Shown here one piece after another: positions 19,719-30,999 of a stretch of 42,235 nt of DNA. Under the pieces are notes generated by a model. The model was not told the DNA's origin. It was given only the letters and a program-made list of their open reading frames with translations, and did not search any database. Numbering within the stretch: the first letter of the stretch is position 1; each line of letters opens with the position of its first letter. A program made the position numbers and the translations under genes. Origin of the DNA: an uncultured Flavobacteriaceae bacterium (GTDB lineage Bacteria; Bacteroidota; Bacteroidia; Flavobacteriales; Flavobacteriaceae); the NCBI GenBank assembly GCA_964558965.1, contig CAZLGZ010000002.1, positions 1 to 42,235 of the forward strand. The letters are read 5' to 3'.

Positions 19719-20170
19719 GCGGTTTCAAGTTTCTTTACGATCACTTGGCTGGCTGCAAGAACCAACTCGTAAACATACTGAAAGCCCTCATCGCCACCGT
19801 AATAGGGGTCAGGGACTTCCTCAACTGAATTCTCTAAAACAGATAAAAAGAGCTGGGCTTTTTCGGCGGTTTCCGCATCAGGAGCGAGCTTTCGAACATC
19901 CGCCAAGTTCTCTTTATCCATGACAAAGATATGATCGAATAGCTGAAAATCCTCGGCTTTAAATTGACGGGCTCTTTGCTTACTGATATCCAATCCGTTT
20001 GCCTTTGCGACGGCAATGGACCGTCTGTCTGGAGCTTTTCCGATGTGGTAGGCTCCTATTCCTGCAGAATCCACTTCGACTTTGTCAGCGTCAACTAGAT
20101 GTTGTAAAACGCCATGGGCCAAGGGCGAACGGCAAATGTTCCCCAGACAAACCAAAAGTACTTTCTGCAT
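19715..20170 (-). CDS. Low-molecular-weight protein-tyrosine phosphatase
   Basis: VCLGNICRSP P-loop and DPYYG. Confidence 0.95.
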   Translation of the reverse strand: MQKVLLVCLGNICRSPLAHGVLQHLVDADKVEVDSAGIGAYHIGKAPDRRSIAVAKANGLDISKQRARQFKAEDFQLFDHIFVMDKENLADVRKLAPDAETAEKAQLFLSVLENSVEEVPDPYYGGDEGFQYVYELVLAASQVIVKKLETA

Positions 20171-20179
20171 AGAAATGAC

Positions 20180-21604
20180 TTAGACGAACTTTTTATTTAA
20201 GTCTTCGATGTATTTGCGGAACTGTTTGTCGGTTTCCGCCAGGTTATCCACGGTTTTACAAGCGTGTAAAACGGTAGCGTGGTCTCTTTTTCCTATTTGC
20301 GAGCCAATACTCGCCAGGGAGGCCTTGGTGTATTTTTTTGCAAAGAACATGGCCAATTGACGGGCCTGTACAATGTGTCTTTTACGGGTTTTCGACTGCA
20401 GTGTAGCCACGTCCATCTCAAAGTACTCGGCCACCATTTTCTGAATGTAGTCAATGGATACTTCGCGTTTGGTGTTCTTGACGAATTTGTCAACCACCTC
20501 TCTGGCCAATTCCAGGGTAATATCCTTCTTGTTGAAGGAAGACTGTGCCATCAGTGAGATGAGTGCGCCTTCTAATTCCCGAATATTGGACTTGATATTC
20601 TTGGCGATGTAGTCGATAATTTCTTCCGGCATCTCGGTACCATCTCGGTACATCTTATTCTTGAGGATCGAAATCCGTGTTTCGTAATCCGGGCTTTGCA
20701 GCTCAGCGGAAAGTCCCCATTTAAAGCGAGAGAGAAGGCGTTGCTCTATATCCTGCATATCAACAGGCGCCTTGTCAGAGGTCAGGATCACTTGCTTTCC
20801 GTTCTGGTGCAGGTGATTGAATATGTGGAAGAATACATCCTGGGTTCCGGCCTTACCGGAAAGGAATTGTACATCATCAATAATCAGCACATCGATGAGC
20901 TGATAGAAATGAATAAAGTCGTTGCGGGTATTCTTTTTGACAGAATCAATGTACTGTTGCGTAAATTTTTCTGCCGAGATGTAAAGAACAGTTCGTTCCG
21001 GGTGTTTGTCTTTTATTTCGACACCAATGGCGTGTGCCAGGTGTGTTTTACCTAAACCTACTGCGCCAAATATGAGCAGGGGGTTAAAGGAAGTTCCTCC
21101 AGGTTTGTTGGCGACCGCCATTCCTGCTGAACGCGCAAGTCGATTGCTATCTCCTTCCAAAAAGCTGTCAAACGTATAGGTCGGATTGAGCTGGGATTCG
21201 ATTTTGATATTTCGGATACCCGGGATCACAAAGGGATTCTTGAGTTCTGGGTTTTTAGAAGCCACGGGGACATCCAGCTCCTGTGGGGGCACCGCCGAGC
21301 GGTTTGAACTCGGAATTTTTTCGGTGTACGGATGTTTGTTTCCATAGCGGTTTTCCATCTTAATAATGTACACCAATTTTGCATTTTCTCCCAATTCTTT
21401 TCGCAGAGCCACTTTGAGCAACTTAACGTAGTGCTCCTCTAACCACTCATAGAAAAATTTACTGGGTACCTGAATGCTTAATGCGCTCTCCGTAAGCCGA
21501 ACCGGTTTGATTGGTTCGAACCACGTTTTGAACGCCTGCGGCTGAATATTGTCCTCTATAAAAGCCAAACAATTATTCCATACCGAAGTAGCAGAAGCAG
21601 TCAT
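20180..21604 (-). CDS. dnaA: Chromosomal replication initiator DnaA
   Basis: FNPLLIFGAVGLGKTHL, LIIDDVQF, RLLSRFKWGL, NIRELEGAL and RDHATVLHA motifs. Confidence 0.98.
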   Translation of the reverse strand: MTASATSVWNNCLAFIEDNIQPQAFKTWFEPIKPVRLTESALSIQVPSKFFYEWLEEHYVKLLKVALRKELGENAKLVYIIKMENRYGNKHPYTEKIPSSNRSAVPPQELDVPVASKNPELKNPFVIPGIRNIKIESQLNPTYTFDSFLEGDSNRLARSAGMAVANKPGGTSFNPLLIFGAVGLGKTHLAHAIGVEIKDKHPERTVLYISAEKFTQQYIDSVKKNTRNDFIHFYQLIDVLIIDDVQFLSGKAGTQDVFFHIFNHLHQNGKQVILTSDKAPVDMQDIEQRLLSRFKWGLSAELQSPDYETRISILKNKMYRDGTEMPEEIIDYIAKNIKSNIRELEGALISLMAQSSFNKKDITLELAREVVDKFVKNTKREVSIDYIQKMVAEYFEMDVATLQSKTRKRHIVQARQLAMFFAKKYTKASLASIGSQIGKRDHATVLHACKTVDNLAETDKQFRKYIEDLNKKFV

Positions 21605-21797
21605 ACACGTAATCTCTTTAATTAGGTGGTTAGTGAGTAAGTCCTATGGTTCAAAACTTGTTGGGGGCATCTCCGAATGAGATGAGGCAAATATGTAAAC
21701 AATAATTTGAAAAAAAAAGCGGCTACCTCATTGAATAATTTGTTTTTTTTTCAGAAGTTATCGACCCGCTCAAAACCTTCCCTTAACAATAATCTAA

Positions 21798-22220
21798 ATG
21801 TCACGTAACACCCTGTATTCCCACGAAATAAGTCTTAGAACGCGCTACGGTGAAACAGATCAAATGGGGATTATTTACCATGCTAACTACCTGAAATACA
21901 TGGAGATGGGCCGCATCGAGTGGCTCCGAAGTCTGGGTATTTCTTACCGGGATTTAGAAGAGCAGGGATGGTTGCTTCCGGTCATAAAGGCCGAGATGGA
22001 CTTCAAAAAATCCGCTTATTACGACGAGTGCTTATTCGTGCGAACCTACCTGCTCCAAATGCCACTGGTTCGCATCTCCTTTGGGTACGAAATCCTGAAC
22101 GAAAAAGAAGAACTTTTGGTGGAAGCAAAAACCACTTTGGCCTTTATGGATAAGTCCACTTTTAGTCCAGTGCGGTGTCCGGATTTTTTAATGGAAAAAT
22201 TAAAAGCGCAGCAATCTTAA
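21798..22220 (+). CDS. YbgC/FadM-like acyl-CoA thioesterase
   Basis: RYGETDQMGIIYHANYLKYMEMGR hotdog-fold motif. Confidence 0.92.
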   Translation: MSRNTLYSHEISLRTRYGETDQMGIIYHANYLKYMEMGRIEWLRSLGISYRDLEEQGWLLPVIKAEMDFKKSAYYDECLFVRTYLLQMPLVRISFGYEILNEKEELLVEAKTTLAFMDKSTFSPVRCPDFLMEKLKAQQS

Positions 22221-22831
22221 TCCACCTGCTTGGATCGAAGAGGGGGGTATTTAGCCGTTTCATTTTGCCAACGACCAGATTGAGACTGAGCGAATCGGAC
22301 GAGGTAGTGGCATTCGGTGCCGAAATCCCGTTGCAGGATCTCTCCTCCAACAGAATGTACCAACCGATCGGCACGACTCTGTTGATCGTACGAAAAGTAC
22401 AAAGTCCATTTCTCCTGGATAACATAGGGTATTTTATGAGCGCTTTTCAGGGTTTCTGCAGCACAATCCCCGTAGGCTTGTATAAGGCCTCCAACACCGA
22501 GCTTGGTGCCTCCAAAGTACCGCACAACCACCACTAAGGCTTGGGTGATGTCTTGGCCTTGGAGTTGACGGTAAATGGGCATACCGGCAGAATTACGGGG
22601 TTCTCCGTCATCGTTCGCCCTAAAGTGATTGTCATCTCTTCCCAATCTCCAGGCGTAACAATGGTGATTGGCTTGAGGGTGCTGCTCGCGCAAACTACTC
22701 AACGCCTGCTGAATATCGTCTTCATCTTGAACAGGAAAAGCAAATCCCAGGAATTTGCTCTTACGCTCCTTAAGTTCTACAGGACCGATCTGATTTTCAA
22801 TGGTGTAAAAGGCTACTTCTTCTACCATCAC
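22217..22831 (-). CDS. YigZ/IMPACT family protein
   Basis: KSKFLG, ANHHCYAW, DDGEPRNSAG and VVRYFGGTKLGVGGLIQAY motifs. Confidence 0.93.
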   Translation of the reverse strand: MMVEEVAFYTIENQIGPVELKERKSKFLGFAFPVQDEDDIQQALSSLREQHPQANHHCYAWRLGRDDNHFRANDDGEPRNSAGMPIYRQLQGQDITQALVVVVRYFGGTKLGVGGLIQAYGDCAAETLKSAHKIPYVIQEKWTLYFSYDQQSRADRLVHSVGGEILQRDFGTECHYLVRFAQSQSGRWQNETAKYPPLRSKQVD

Positions 22832-23691
22832 TATAAGGCCAAGAGCACAATACTGGTTAAGGCCAGAAGAATTCCCAGACTTTGCATAAGACGTAAGCGT
22901 TCTTTAAAAAGGAATATACCTATGAGTGTAGTAAGGACGACAATGGCCACATTGTTTAGGGTAAAGATCGTTGCACTGCCCCAATCATCCCTATTCAACG
23001 CCCGAAGTAAAAAGTAAATCGAGAAGTAATTGGGAATACCCAAGGCAATACCCCCAGCAAGATCCCGGAGCCTTGGGCGGGGCAGATGGCCCCTTTGCAA
23101 ACCAGAAAAGACGATCCCAGAGACAGCAGCAACCGCAAAGACCAGACAAGAGAAAAGGGGGAACAAGGAGTCGGTCAAATAACCTTCTCTGATAAAGTTG
23201 ATACTGGTATCAATCACGCCTGAACCCAAGAAAATCAAGAGAGGGAGCCAAAGTGTTTTAGAAGATACTGACTGTTTGGTACTTCCTGGTGCAGTGATCA
23301 TATAAACGGCAGCCAAAGCCAAAACAATTCCTCCTATTTGCATCGTTGAAACCGTTTCTTTTAAGAAGATCAACCCAAAGAGAACAGGGATCACCAAGGA
23401 CATTTTGGTTGCTACGGAGGCGATTCCTACCCCAATTTCTTGGGCCGTTCTCGCCATTAAATTAAAGATGACAATAAAGAGAACCCCGAGGACAAGACAG
23501 CCCCAAATCCAGGGCATGGACTCCGGCCAAACCGCTTGTTCTTCCTGAAAGTAAAAGAGCAACCCCAAGCTCGCCGCCGTGGCGTAATTCACGATAATAC
23601 CATAAAGCGTGTATACTTTGTATTTGGGAAAAAGCTTAAATGCGATAAAAATGCAGGCGGAGCTGAGGACGCTAAATAGAAGATCAAGCAT
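22831..23691 (-). CDS. DMT/EamA superfamily transporter
   Basis: About 10 TM segments in two repeats, ending LFKERL. Confidence 0.8.
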   Translation of the reverse strand: MLDLLFSVLSSACIFIAFKLFPKYKVYTLYGIIVNYATAASLGLLFYFQEEQAVWPESMPWIWGCLVLGVLFIVIFNLMARTAQEIGVGIASVATKMSLVIPVLFGLIFLKETVSTMQIGGIVLALAAVYMITAPGSTKQSVSSKTLWLPLLIFLGSGVIDTSINFIREGYLTDSLFPLFSCLVFAVAAVSGIVFSGLQRGHLPRPRLRDLAGGIALGIPNYFSIYFLLRALNRDDWGSATIFTLNNVAIVVLTTLIGIFLFKERLRLMQSLGILLALTSIVLLAL

Positions 23692-24313
23692 GGTCTAGTT
23701 GTTTAGGTAAGTCAATAATATCTTGTTGTCCTACCTGTAAGTGCCAGGTTTGAATACCCAAAAGTCCAGCGGAATCCGTGTTTTCCTTTGTGTCGTCTAT
23801 AAACAGAGTTTCTTCAGGACGCAAGCCTTGCTCTTTTAGAACCTGTTCATAAATCTCTGTATCCGGTTTGCGCATGCCCATTTCGTAGGAAAGGTAAAAA
23901 CCCTTAAAAAACCCTTTAAATTCTTTGTAAGCAAGCCTTCCCATAGCTTCTTTTACGAAATCGATGTGCCATTCGTTGGTGTTGCTCAGTAGAAAGAGCT
24001 CGAACTGTTGTTTGGTTTTTAGCTTTCTGAGAAATTCCAATCGGTAAGCCGGAATATCCTTGAGGATCGCATTCCAGGCGTCTTGTATTTGATTCGGTTG
24101 AGCCTGAGGAATCATGCGTTGGAGTTCTTGGGCGAAAAAAGCAGTACTTACGGTACCCTTTTCGTAAGCCATGGCCAGTTGACTCATTTCTTCGGTGGGT
24201 TGATCATACCCAAAACGCTGCAGTTCCTTCAGAGTAGCCGGTTTGTCTAAATCGATAAAAATATCGCCGAAATCAAAGATGATATTCCGAATTTTTTCGG
24301 GTTGGGTTATCAT
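23684..24313 (-). CDS. HAD family phosphatase (YihX-like)
   Basis: IIFDFG, LLSNTN, RKPD and LFIDD motifs I-IV. Confidence 0.9.
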   Translation of the reverse strand: MITQPEKIRNIIFDFGDIFIDLDKPATLKELQRFGYDQPTEEMSQLAMAYEKGTVSTAFFAQELQRMIPQAQPNQIQDAWNAILKDIPAYRLEFLRKLKTKQQFELFLLSNTNEWHIDFVKEAMGRLAYKEFKGFFKGFYLSYEMGMRKPDTEIYEQVLKEQGLRPEETLFIDDTKENTDSAGLLGIQTWHLQVGQQDIIDLPKQLDHA

Positions 24314-25380
24314 ATAAGAAAGCTGTTTTGGGTGTTTTTGTAGAATTCTAATTGGTTATTTCCGATGGCTTCCTGCCGGATGAAATCCGCTTCAAATTGA
24401 GGAGCAGCAATACCATCCCCTAATTCAACAGGAGAACGGAAAAGGCGAATTTCGTCCCATTGACCGGAATGGAGGTAGGTGCTCAGAGTGAAAGCGCCTC
24501 CTTCCACCAAGAGACTGTTGCACTGTTTACGGTGTAAATAAGCAGCGACTTGCTTGGGAAGCTCCTCTGCAGAGCCTCGGATCTGTTCAACTTCAATAGG
24601 AGCTGGAGCAGCGTGGGTCATTCCTTCGTTGACAAAAATGGTGGTGGGAGCACTTTGATCAAAAATAGGAGAGTGAGGGCTGGTTTTTCTCTGAGGATCA
24701 ATCAAAATTCTCCTCGGGGAAGGGCCAGACCAATCTCTAGCGGTTAATTGGGCCTGGTCTTCTTCCGCTGTTTTCCAACCGACAAGGATGGATTGAATTT
24801 CTGTTCTGTATTGATGAACTCTTTGTCGAGCTGCTCGATTGGTCAACCAAACCGGAGCTTTTTCGGATCGGGTAGAGGCCAAAGGAGCGATATATCCGTC
24901 TGCGCTCTGTGCCCATTTTAATATGGTGTAGGGCCTTCTTTGTTCTTGCGCTGTTAAAAAAAAGCGCAATTCACTGCGAATTTCTTCTTCCAAAACGCCT
25001 ACATGAACCTGGCGACCCGCCTCCAGCAAGCGGTGAATCCCTTGGCCAGCCACCTGAGGATTGGGGTCCAATATCCCCACCACAACTCGTGGAATACCGG
25101 ATTCAAGTATCCTATTTACACAAGGGGGAGTCTTACCGTAATGGCTGCAGGGTTCCAAACTCACATAAATCGTGGCTTTAGAAAGCACGTCTTGGTTTTT
25201 TACGGAAGACAAGGCCATTACTTCGGCATGAGGCCCCCCAAAAGCCTGGGTGTATCCTTCTCCGATCACCTGCCCATCGCATTCGATAACACAGCCGACT
25301 GCGGGGTTTGGAGAGGCGGCCGGAAAGCCCATTCGCCCGAGCTGTATACAGCGCTTCATGAATTTTTCCTGTATCTTCAC
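24310..25380 (-). CDS. ribD: Bifunctional riboflavin biosynthesis deaminase/reductase
   Basis: PNPAVG, HAE, LEPCSHYGKTPPC, LKWAQSADG and LLVEGG motifs. GTG start. Confidence 0.95.
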   Translation of the reverse strand: MKIQEKFMKRCIQLGRMGFPAASPNPAVGCVIECDGQVIGEGYTQAFGGPHAEVMALSSVKNQDVLSKATIYVSLEPCSHYGKTPPCVNRILESGIPRVVVGILDPNPQVAGQGIHRLLEAGRQVHVGVLEEEIRSELRFFLTAQEQRRPYTILKWAQSADGYIAPLASTRSEKAPVWLTNRAARQRVHQYRTEIQSILVGWKTAEEDQAQLTARDWSGPSPRRILIDPQRKTSPHSPIFDQSAPTTIFVNEGMTHAAPAPIEVEQIRGSAEELPKQVAAYLHRKQCNSLLVEGGAFTLSTYLHSGQWDEIRLFRSPVELGDGIAAPQFEADFIRQEAIGNNQLEFYKNTQNSFLI

Positions 25381-25385
25381 AGGCC

Positions 25386-25393
25386 CAAAAATA
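25386..25393 (-). promoter_or_regulatory. -7 element (TATTTTTG) 5 nt before the ribD GTG
   Basis: Exact TAnnTTTG match inside a 21-nt divergent gap. Confidence 0.55.
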
Positions 25394-25401
25394 CAGCAAT
25401 A

Positions 25402-25899
25402 ATGCCTGATAATTCTGCCCCCGTTTTACGCTCTATTCAAGCCAAGGACAACCAAAAAATGGCGACTTTAATCCGTTCTGTTCTGGAAGAGTTGAATGTC
25501 CCTAAGGTAGGAACAGCTTATGAAGACAAAGCCTTGGACGATTTAACCGAAGCCTATAGAGAAGAGAAAGGAGACTATTTTGTGGTAGAATCCCAGGGAG
25601 AGCTGGTTGGAGGAGCGGGTATTGGTTCGCTACCCAATGCCAATCCCGAAGTGTGCGAATTGCAAAAGATGTACTTTTCTCCTGCCGCACGCGGTAAAGG
25701 CTGGGGGGATCTGATGATGAATAAATGCCTGGAAGCTGCCAAGGAGTTAGGGTATAAACAAGTGTATATTGAGACCATGCCCTACATGAAGGCCGCACAG
25801 AAATTGTATGTACGTCATGGGTTTGAATACATCGATGCTCCTTTGGGAAATACGGGTCATTATTCCTGCCCGGTTTATTTATTGAAAACATTGGATTAG
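25402..25899 (+). CDS. GNAT family N-acetyltransferase (YjgM-like)
   Basis: CELQKMYFSPAARGKGWG...YIETMPYMKAAQKLY. Start moved to ATG 25402 because the track ORF's first 133 codons are antisense to ribD. Confidence 0.88.
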   Translation: MPDNSAPVLRSIQAKDNQKMATLIRSVLEELNVPKVGTAYEDKALDDLTEAYREEKGDYFVVESQGELVGGAGIGSLPNANPEVCELQKMYFSPAARGKGWGDLMMNKCLEAAKELGYKQVYIETMPYMKAAQKLYVRHGFEYIDAPLGNTGHYSCPVYLLKTLD

Positions 25900-26774
25900 T
25901 GCTTCTAAAAGATATAGAGCAGATTTTCTTAAAGGAATTATCGGACGTCATGCCTTTAGAAGAGATCAAGACGGCCTTTGCCTGGTTGATGGAGGATTAC
26001 TGTGGCCTGGCGCGATTCGCTTTGGTGATGGATCCAGGTTACACCGTCGATAAACCGACAGAAACCCTCTTTTTTAATGCCCTGAGTCAACTTAAAGAAG
26101 GTGAGCCTATTCAGTATGTATTGGGTTATGCTTCTTTTCTCGGTGATGTATACGACCTAAATAGAGCGACTTTAATCCCACGTCCAGAGACGGAGGAATT
26201 GGTGGAGTGGGCCGCCTTATTCCTAAATGAACTAGGGGCCGCCGAGTCAATGCAGCACCCGCCTTTGCACATCCTTGATGTAGGTACAGGCAGTGGGTGT
26301 ATAGCCACTCAATTGGCTAAACAATTCCCGGAGAGTGTGGTGAAAGCGATAGACTATTCACCGGAGGCGCTCCAAATGGCTCGGGTCAATGCAGATAAAC
26401 TCGGGGTGCGTGTCGACTTTCTACAAGAAGATGTCTTGGGGGAGCATTGGAAACACCAGACCAAATACCACCTCATTGTTTCTAATCCGCCTTATGTCCT
26501 GGAATCCGAAGCAGAATCCATGGCGACCAGGGTAAAGGAATACGAGCCCTATGCGGCCTTGTTTGTATCGGACGAAGATCCCTTGATTTTTTACCGAGCC
26601 ATTGCCCTTTTTGCAAAACAGCATCTGTATCCCGGTGGAGGATTGTATTTTGAAATTAACGCTTTGAAGGAGGCTCCCCTTCTGTCCCTACTGAAAGAAA
26701 TGGGGTTCACGGGAATCGAATCCAAAGCTGATTTTCGAGGCAAGGCTCGTTTTATCCGAGCCCAAATCCCTTAA
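25899..26774 (+). CDS. prmC: Release factor glutamine methyltransferase
   Basis: EPIQYVLG, LIPRPETEELV, LDVGTGSGCI and VSNPPY motifs. Confidence 0.95.
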   Translation: MLLKDIEQIFLKELSDVMPLEEIKTAFAWLMEDYCGLARFALVMDPGYTVDKPTETLFFNALSQLKEGEPIQYVLGYASFLGDVYDLNRATLIPRPETEELVEWAALFLNELGAAESMQHPPLHILDVGTGSGCIATQLAKQFPESVVKAIDYSPEALQMARVNADKLGVRVDFLQEDVLGEHWKHQTKYHLIVSNPPYVLESEAESMATRVKEYEPYAALFVSDEDPLIFYRAIALFAKQHLYPGGGLYFEINALKEAPLLSLLKEMGFTGIESKADFRGKARFIRAQIP

Positions 26775-26780
26775 TTTTAG

Positions 26781-28790
<2,010 letters not shown>

Positions 28791-28792
28791 AA

Positions 28793-29434
28793 CTATCCTC
28801 CTTGCTGACGAATCAGGGCTTTGCGCTTGATTAAATCGGCTTCTCTTAGTTGAATACGACTTTCTAGTTTTCCCTCGAGGCGCTTGAGCATCACCGGCTG
28901 GTTCGCACTGTTCGCGCGCTTTAGGAGTCGGGCCTTCAGACTTTTCAAAACGGCTTCATTCGTTATTCGATCATCGTTCGGATTGAGAATTTCTTCATCC
29001 AGCTCCGTTAAATACTTGCGTTGACCCTCTTCTTCATAGGTGTCATAGAAACGATCGGGTACGCTGGCGATAGCCTTGTGAATGACCTCGTTAAATATTT
29101 CTCTGAATTCCGCATTGGCTCGGCACTTGGGCTGATTGGTGCAGATGAGGTTTCGGATTTCGGCTTTAGTCAACTTGTCCTTCTTTAAAAGGGAAGCCAC
29201 GAATCGGGTATCACAGGGCGTGCAGCGTTGAAAACGATAGACCTGAACAGACTTGGGTTGTGTGCGCAGGCGATTCCTTGCTTCCTTGTATTTTACCGCA
29301 TTTTTTTTTCGCAGATCATTGAGTAAAGGACGACGGACGGAGTCCTTTTTCTTTTGATCTTCTGTTCTCTCTTGAGCCTTTAGTGGGGCGCCAATAAAGA
29401 GAAGTAACAGACAGAGTGTTCCTAGCTTATTCAT
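28793..29434 (-). CDS. Secreted hypothetical protein, possible immunity/partner of the upstream lipoprotein
   Basis: Signal peptide MNKLGTLCLLLLFIGAPLKA-Q, then a basic helical protein with CTPC and C-x5-C. ATG 29434 overlaps the upstream stop. Confidence 0.7.
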   Translation of the reverse strand: MNKLGTLCLLLLFIGAPLKAQERTEDQKKKDSVRRPLLNDLRKKNAVKYKEARNRLRTQPKSVQVYRFQRCTPCDTRFVASLLKKDKLTKAEIRNLICTNQPKCRANAEFREIFNEVIHKAIASVPDRFYDTYEEEGQRKYLTELDEEILNPNDDRITNEAVLKSLKARLLKRANSANQPVMLKRLEGKLESRIQLREADLIKRKALIRQQGG

Positions 29435-30185
29435 AGATAGATTCAATTTCGTTGATTAACTGATTTCGGGTTGTTGCATCTTCTCTGAAAATGTAGACGA
29501 TACCTTCGGAAGTCCCCAAGGTGAATTGAGGTGGGTTTTCCCAATTGGGTAAGCTAAAATCAAAGATATCCATAAAGTTATCGACTTCATCAGGATGAAT
29601 GGTCGGGCAACCTTGTGAGCCACGGCTGTTGTAATTCCCTTTATCCGAAAAGCCGCTGTGAACATTGGCATACTGCACTACGGTATTGACTAGGGTCCAA
29701 CTGTATCCGGGAACAATCCGAACCGCGTCGACATCAACCATGTTCAGGCCCTTTCGGGTTTGTCCTTTGTGGCCATTGAGGTTATTGAAGTAGTGGGGCC
29801 CATCGGCTACTCGGTTTGGGCGGTCAGAGCCGACTGGGTTTTCTTGTGAATTTGGAAAGGTACTTCCTCTAAACGGCCCATAGCGGCGCTCCGAGACATT
29901 GTCGAGCACATAAACTTGGGCGGTGTAGGAGGTTCCCGCCACACCGGCGTCGTTTGGTAGATTTTCCTGATCGATAAAAAAGACTTCCAAAGGCGGAACA
30001 TCCTCCTCGGGTTCCGGTTCCGGCTCAGGATCAGGCTCGTCATCGGAGCCTTCAGTATCTCCGGGATCAGTCGTACCCTCCTCCGTTGTTGTGCCATCCT
30101 GAGGTGACTTGGTCAGGGATTGGCAAGAGAGGTGCACAAACATTCCTAGCAGCAGTAAAAGGGATAAAAGGCGGTTGATTTTCAT
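29427..30185 (-). CDS. Lipoprotein with L,D-transpeptidase/Tlde1-like catalytic motif
   Basis: Lipobox HLS-C after MKINRLLSLLLLLGMFV, an acidic Pro-Glu linker, then NVHSG-x11-SQGCPTIHP. Confidence 0.7.
   Translation of the reverse strand: MKINRLLSLLLLLGMFVHLSCQSLTKSPQDGTTTEEGTTDPGDTEGSDDEPDPEPEPEPEEDVPPLEVFFIDQENLPNDAGVAGTSYTAQVYVLDNVSERRYGPFRGSTFPNSQENPVGSDRPNRVADGPHYFNNLNGHKGQTRKGLNMVDVDAVRIVPGYSWTLVNTVVQYANVHSGFSDKGNYNSRGSQGCPTIHPDEVDNFMDIFDFSLPNWENPPQFTLGTSEGIVYIFREDATTRNQLINEIESIYE
30001..30050 (-). repeat. Low-complexity codon repeat encoding EPDPEPEPEPEE linker
   Basis: Degenerate 6-nt periodicity (GAGCCG/GAACCG) on the minus strand. Confidence 0.6.
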
Positions 30186-30189
30186 TGGT

Positions 30190-30999
30190 TTATTTTCTTT
30201 TTTTTCGCAGGTACCTGCTAAATCCAAATATAAAAAGGCCAATAATCAAAAGGAAAGGCCAGATGTTGACTAAGCCAACCAAAAACCAGACCAGATTTCT
30301 CCAGCCTGAACGGAATCCATTGCTGAATTCTTTGCCAAAGGCAGTGACCTTGGGGGTTTCTTTGTAATACGTGATCTGAATGGAAGAAAGGCTCACCTGA
30401 TTCTTGAGGTAATTCAGTCGGCCTTCCATGGATTCGATATCGCTTCGCAAACTGTTGATTTCGCGTTCGATCTCCAGAATTTCCTTCACGTTCTGTGCTT
30501 TCTTGAGGATTTCCTGGTATCGGGCTTCCAATTCTTTTTTGTTTTTCATCCGGGCTTCCACATCCAGGAACTCTTCAGTGACATCTCGTGCGCTGATGTC
30601 TTTGACATCAAATTGTTCAACACCGCTGGAAATATCTTCAATAAAACCATCAAAAGAATGGGAGGGGATACGTACGTTGACGGTTGTAGATTGTCTTCTT
30701 TCTGTATTGTAGCTCTGCTCAGAACCCATATACCCCTGGTACTTCTTTACCGCGGACTGGATTTGCTGGCTGGTGGCCTCGAGATTCTCGGTTTCGAATT
30801 CCAATCGACCATTGCGGATGAGCATACGTTCAGAGGGGGCCACTTGATCCGTTTCTTGAACAGGCGAATTTGACGGAGCCTTAAATTCCTCAACCATGGA
30901 AATTTCGGAATTGGGAACACCTTCGGAGCTTCCGCCTCCGCAGGCCAGAGCCATCAATGAAATCCCGACGGCTAGTGTAAAGGACTGAATGTATTGCAT
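30190..30999 (-). CDS. DUF4349-like lipoprotein/membrane protein
   Basis: Lipobox ALA-C, RMLIRNG, VRIPS, DVTEEFLD, coiled coil and a C-terminal TM with IWP. Confidence 0.85.
   Translation of the reverse strand: MQYIQSFTLAVGISLMALACGGGSSEGVPNSEISMVEEFKAPSNSPVQETDQVAPSERMLIRNGRLEFETENLEATSQQIQSAVKKYQGYMGSEQSYNTERRQSTTVNVRIPSHSFDGFIEDISSGVEQFDVKDISARDVTEEFLDVEARMKNKKELEARYQEILKKAQNVKEILEIEREINSLRSDIESMEGRLNYLKNQVSLSSIQITYYKETPKVTAFGKEFSNGFRSGWRNLVWFLVGLVNIWPFLLIIGLFIFGFSRYLRKKRK

Noticed and set aside
20180-21797. oriC beside dnaA, and absence of dnaN as an anomaly
   Set aside because: The flanks have no box cluster, and the TTATCCACG at 20244 is inside coding sequence. dnaA unlinked from dnaN is usual in Bacteroidota.
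25003-25401. 133-aa N-terminal extension of the GNAT ORF
   Set aside because: It is antisense to ribD; the GNAT domain begins at ATG 25402.
30001-30050. Short repeat as a CRISPR or contingency locus
   Set aside because: It is degenerate codons for a Pro-Glu linker, with no spacers or pure tract.
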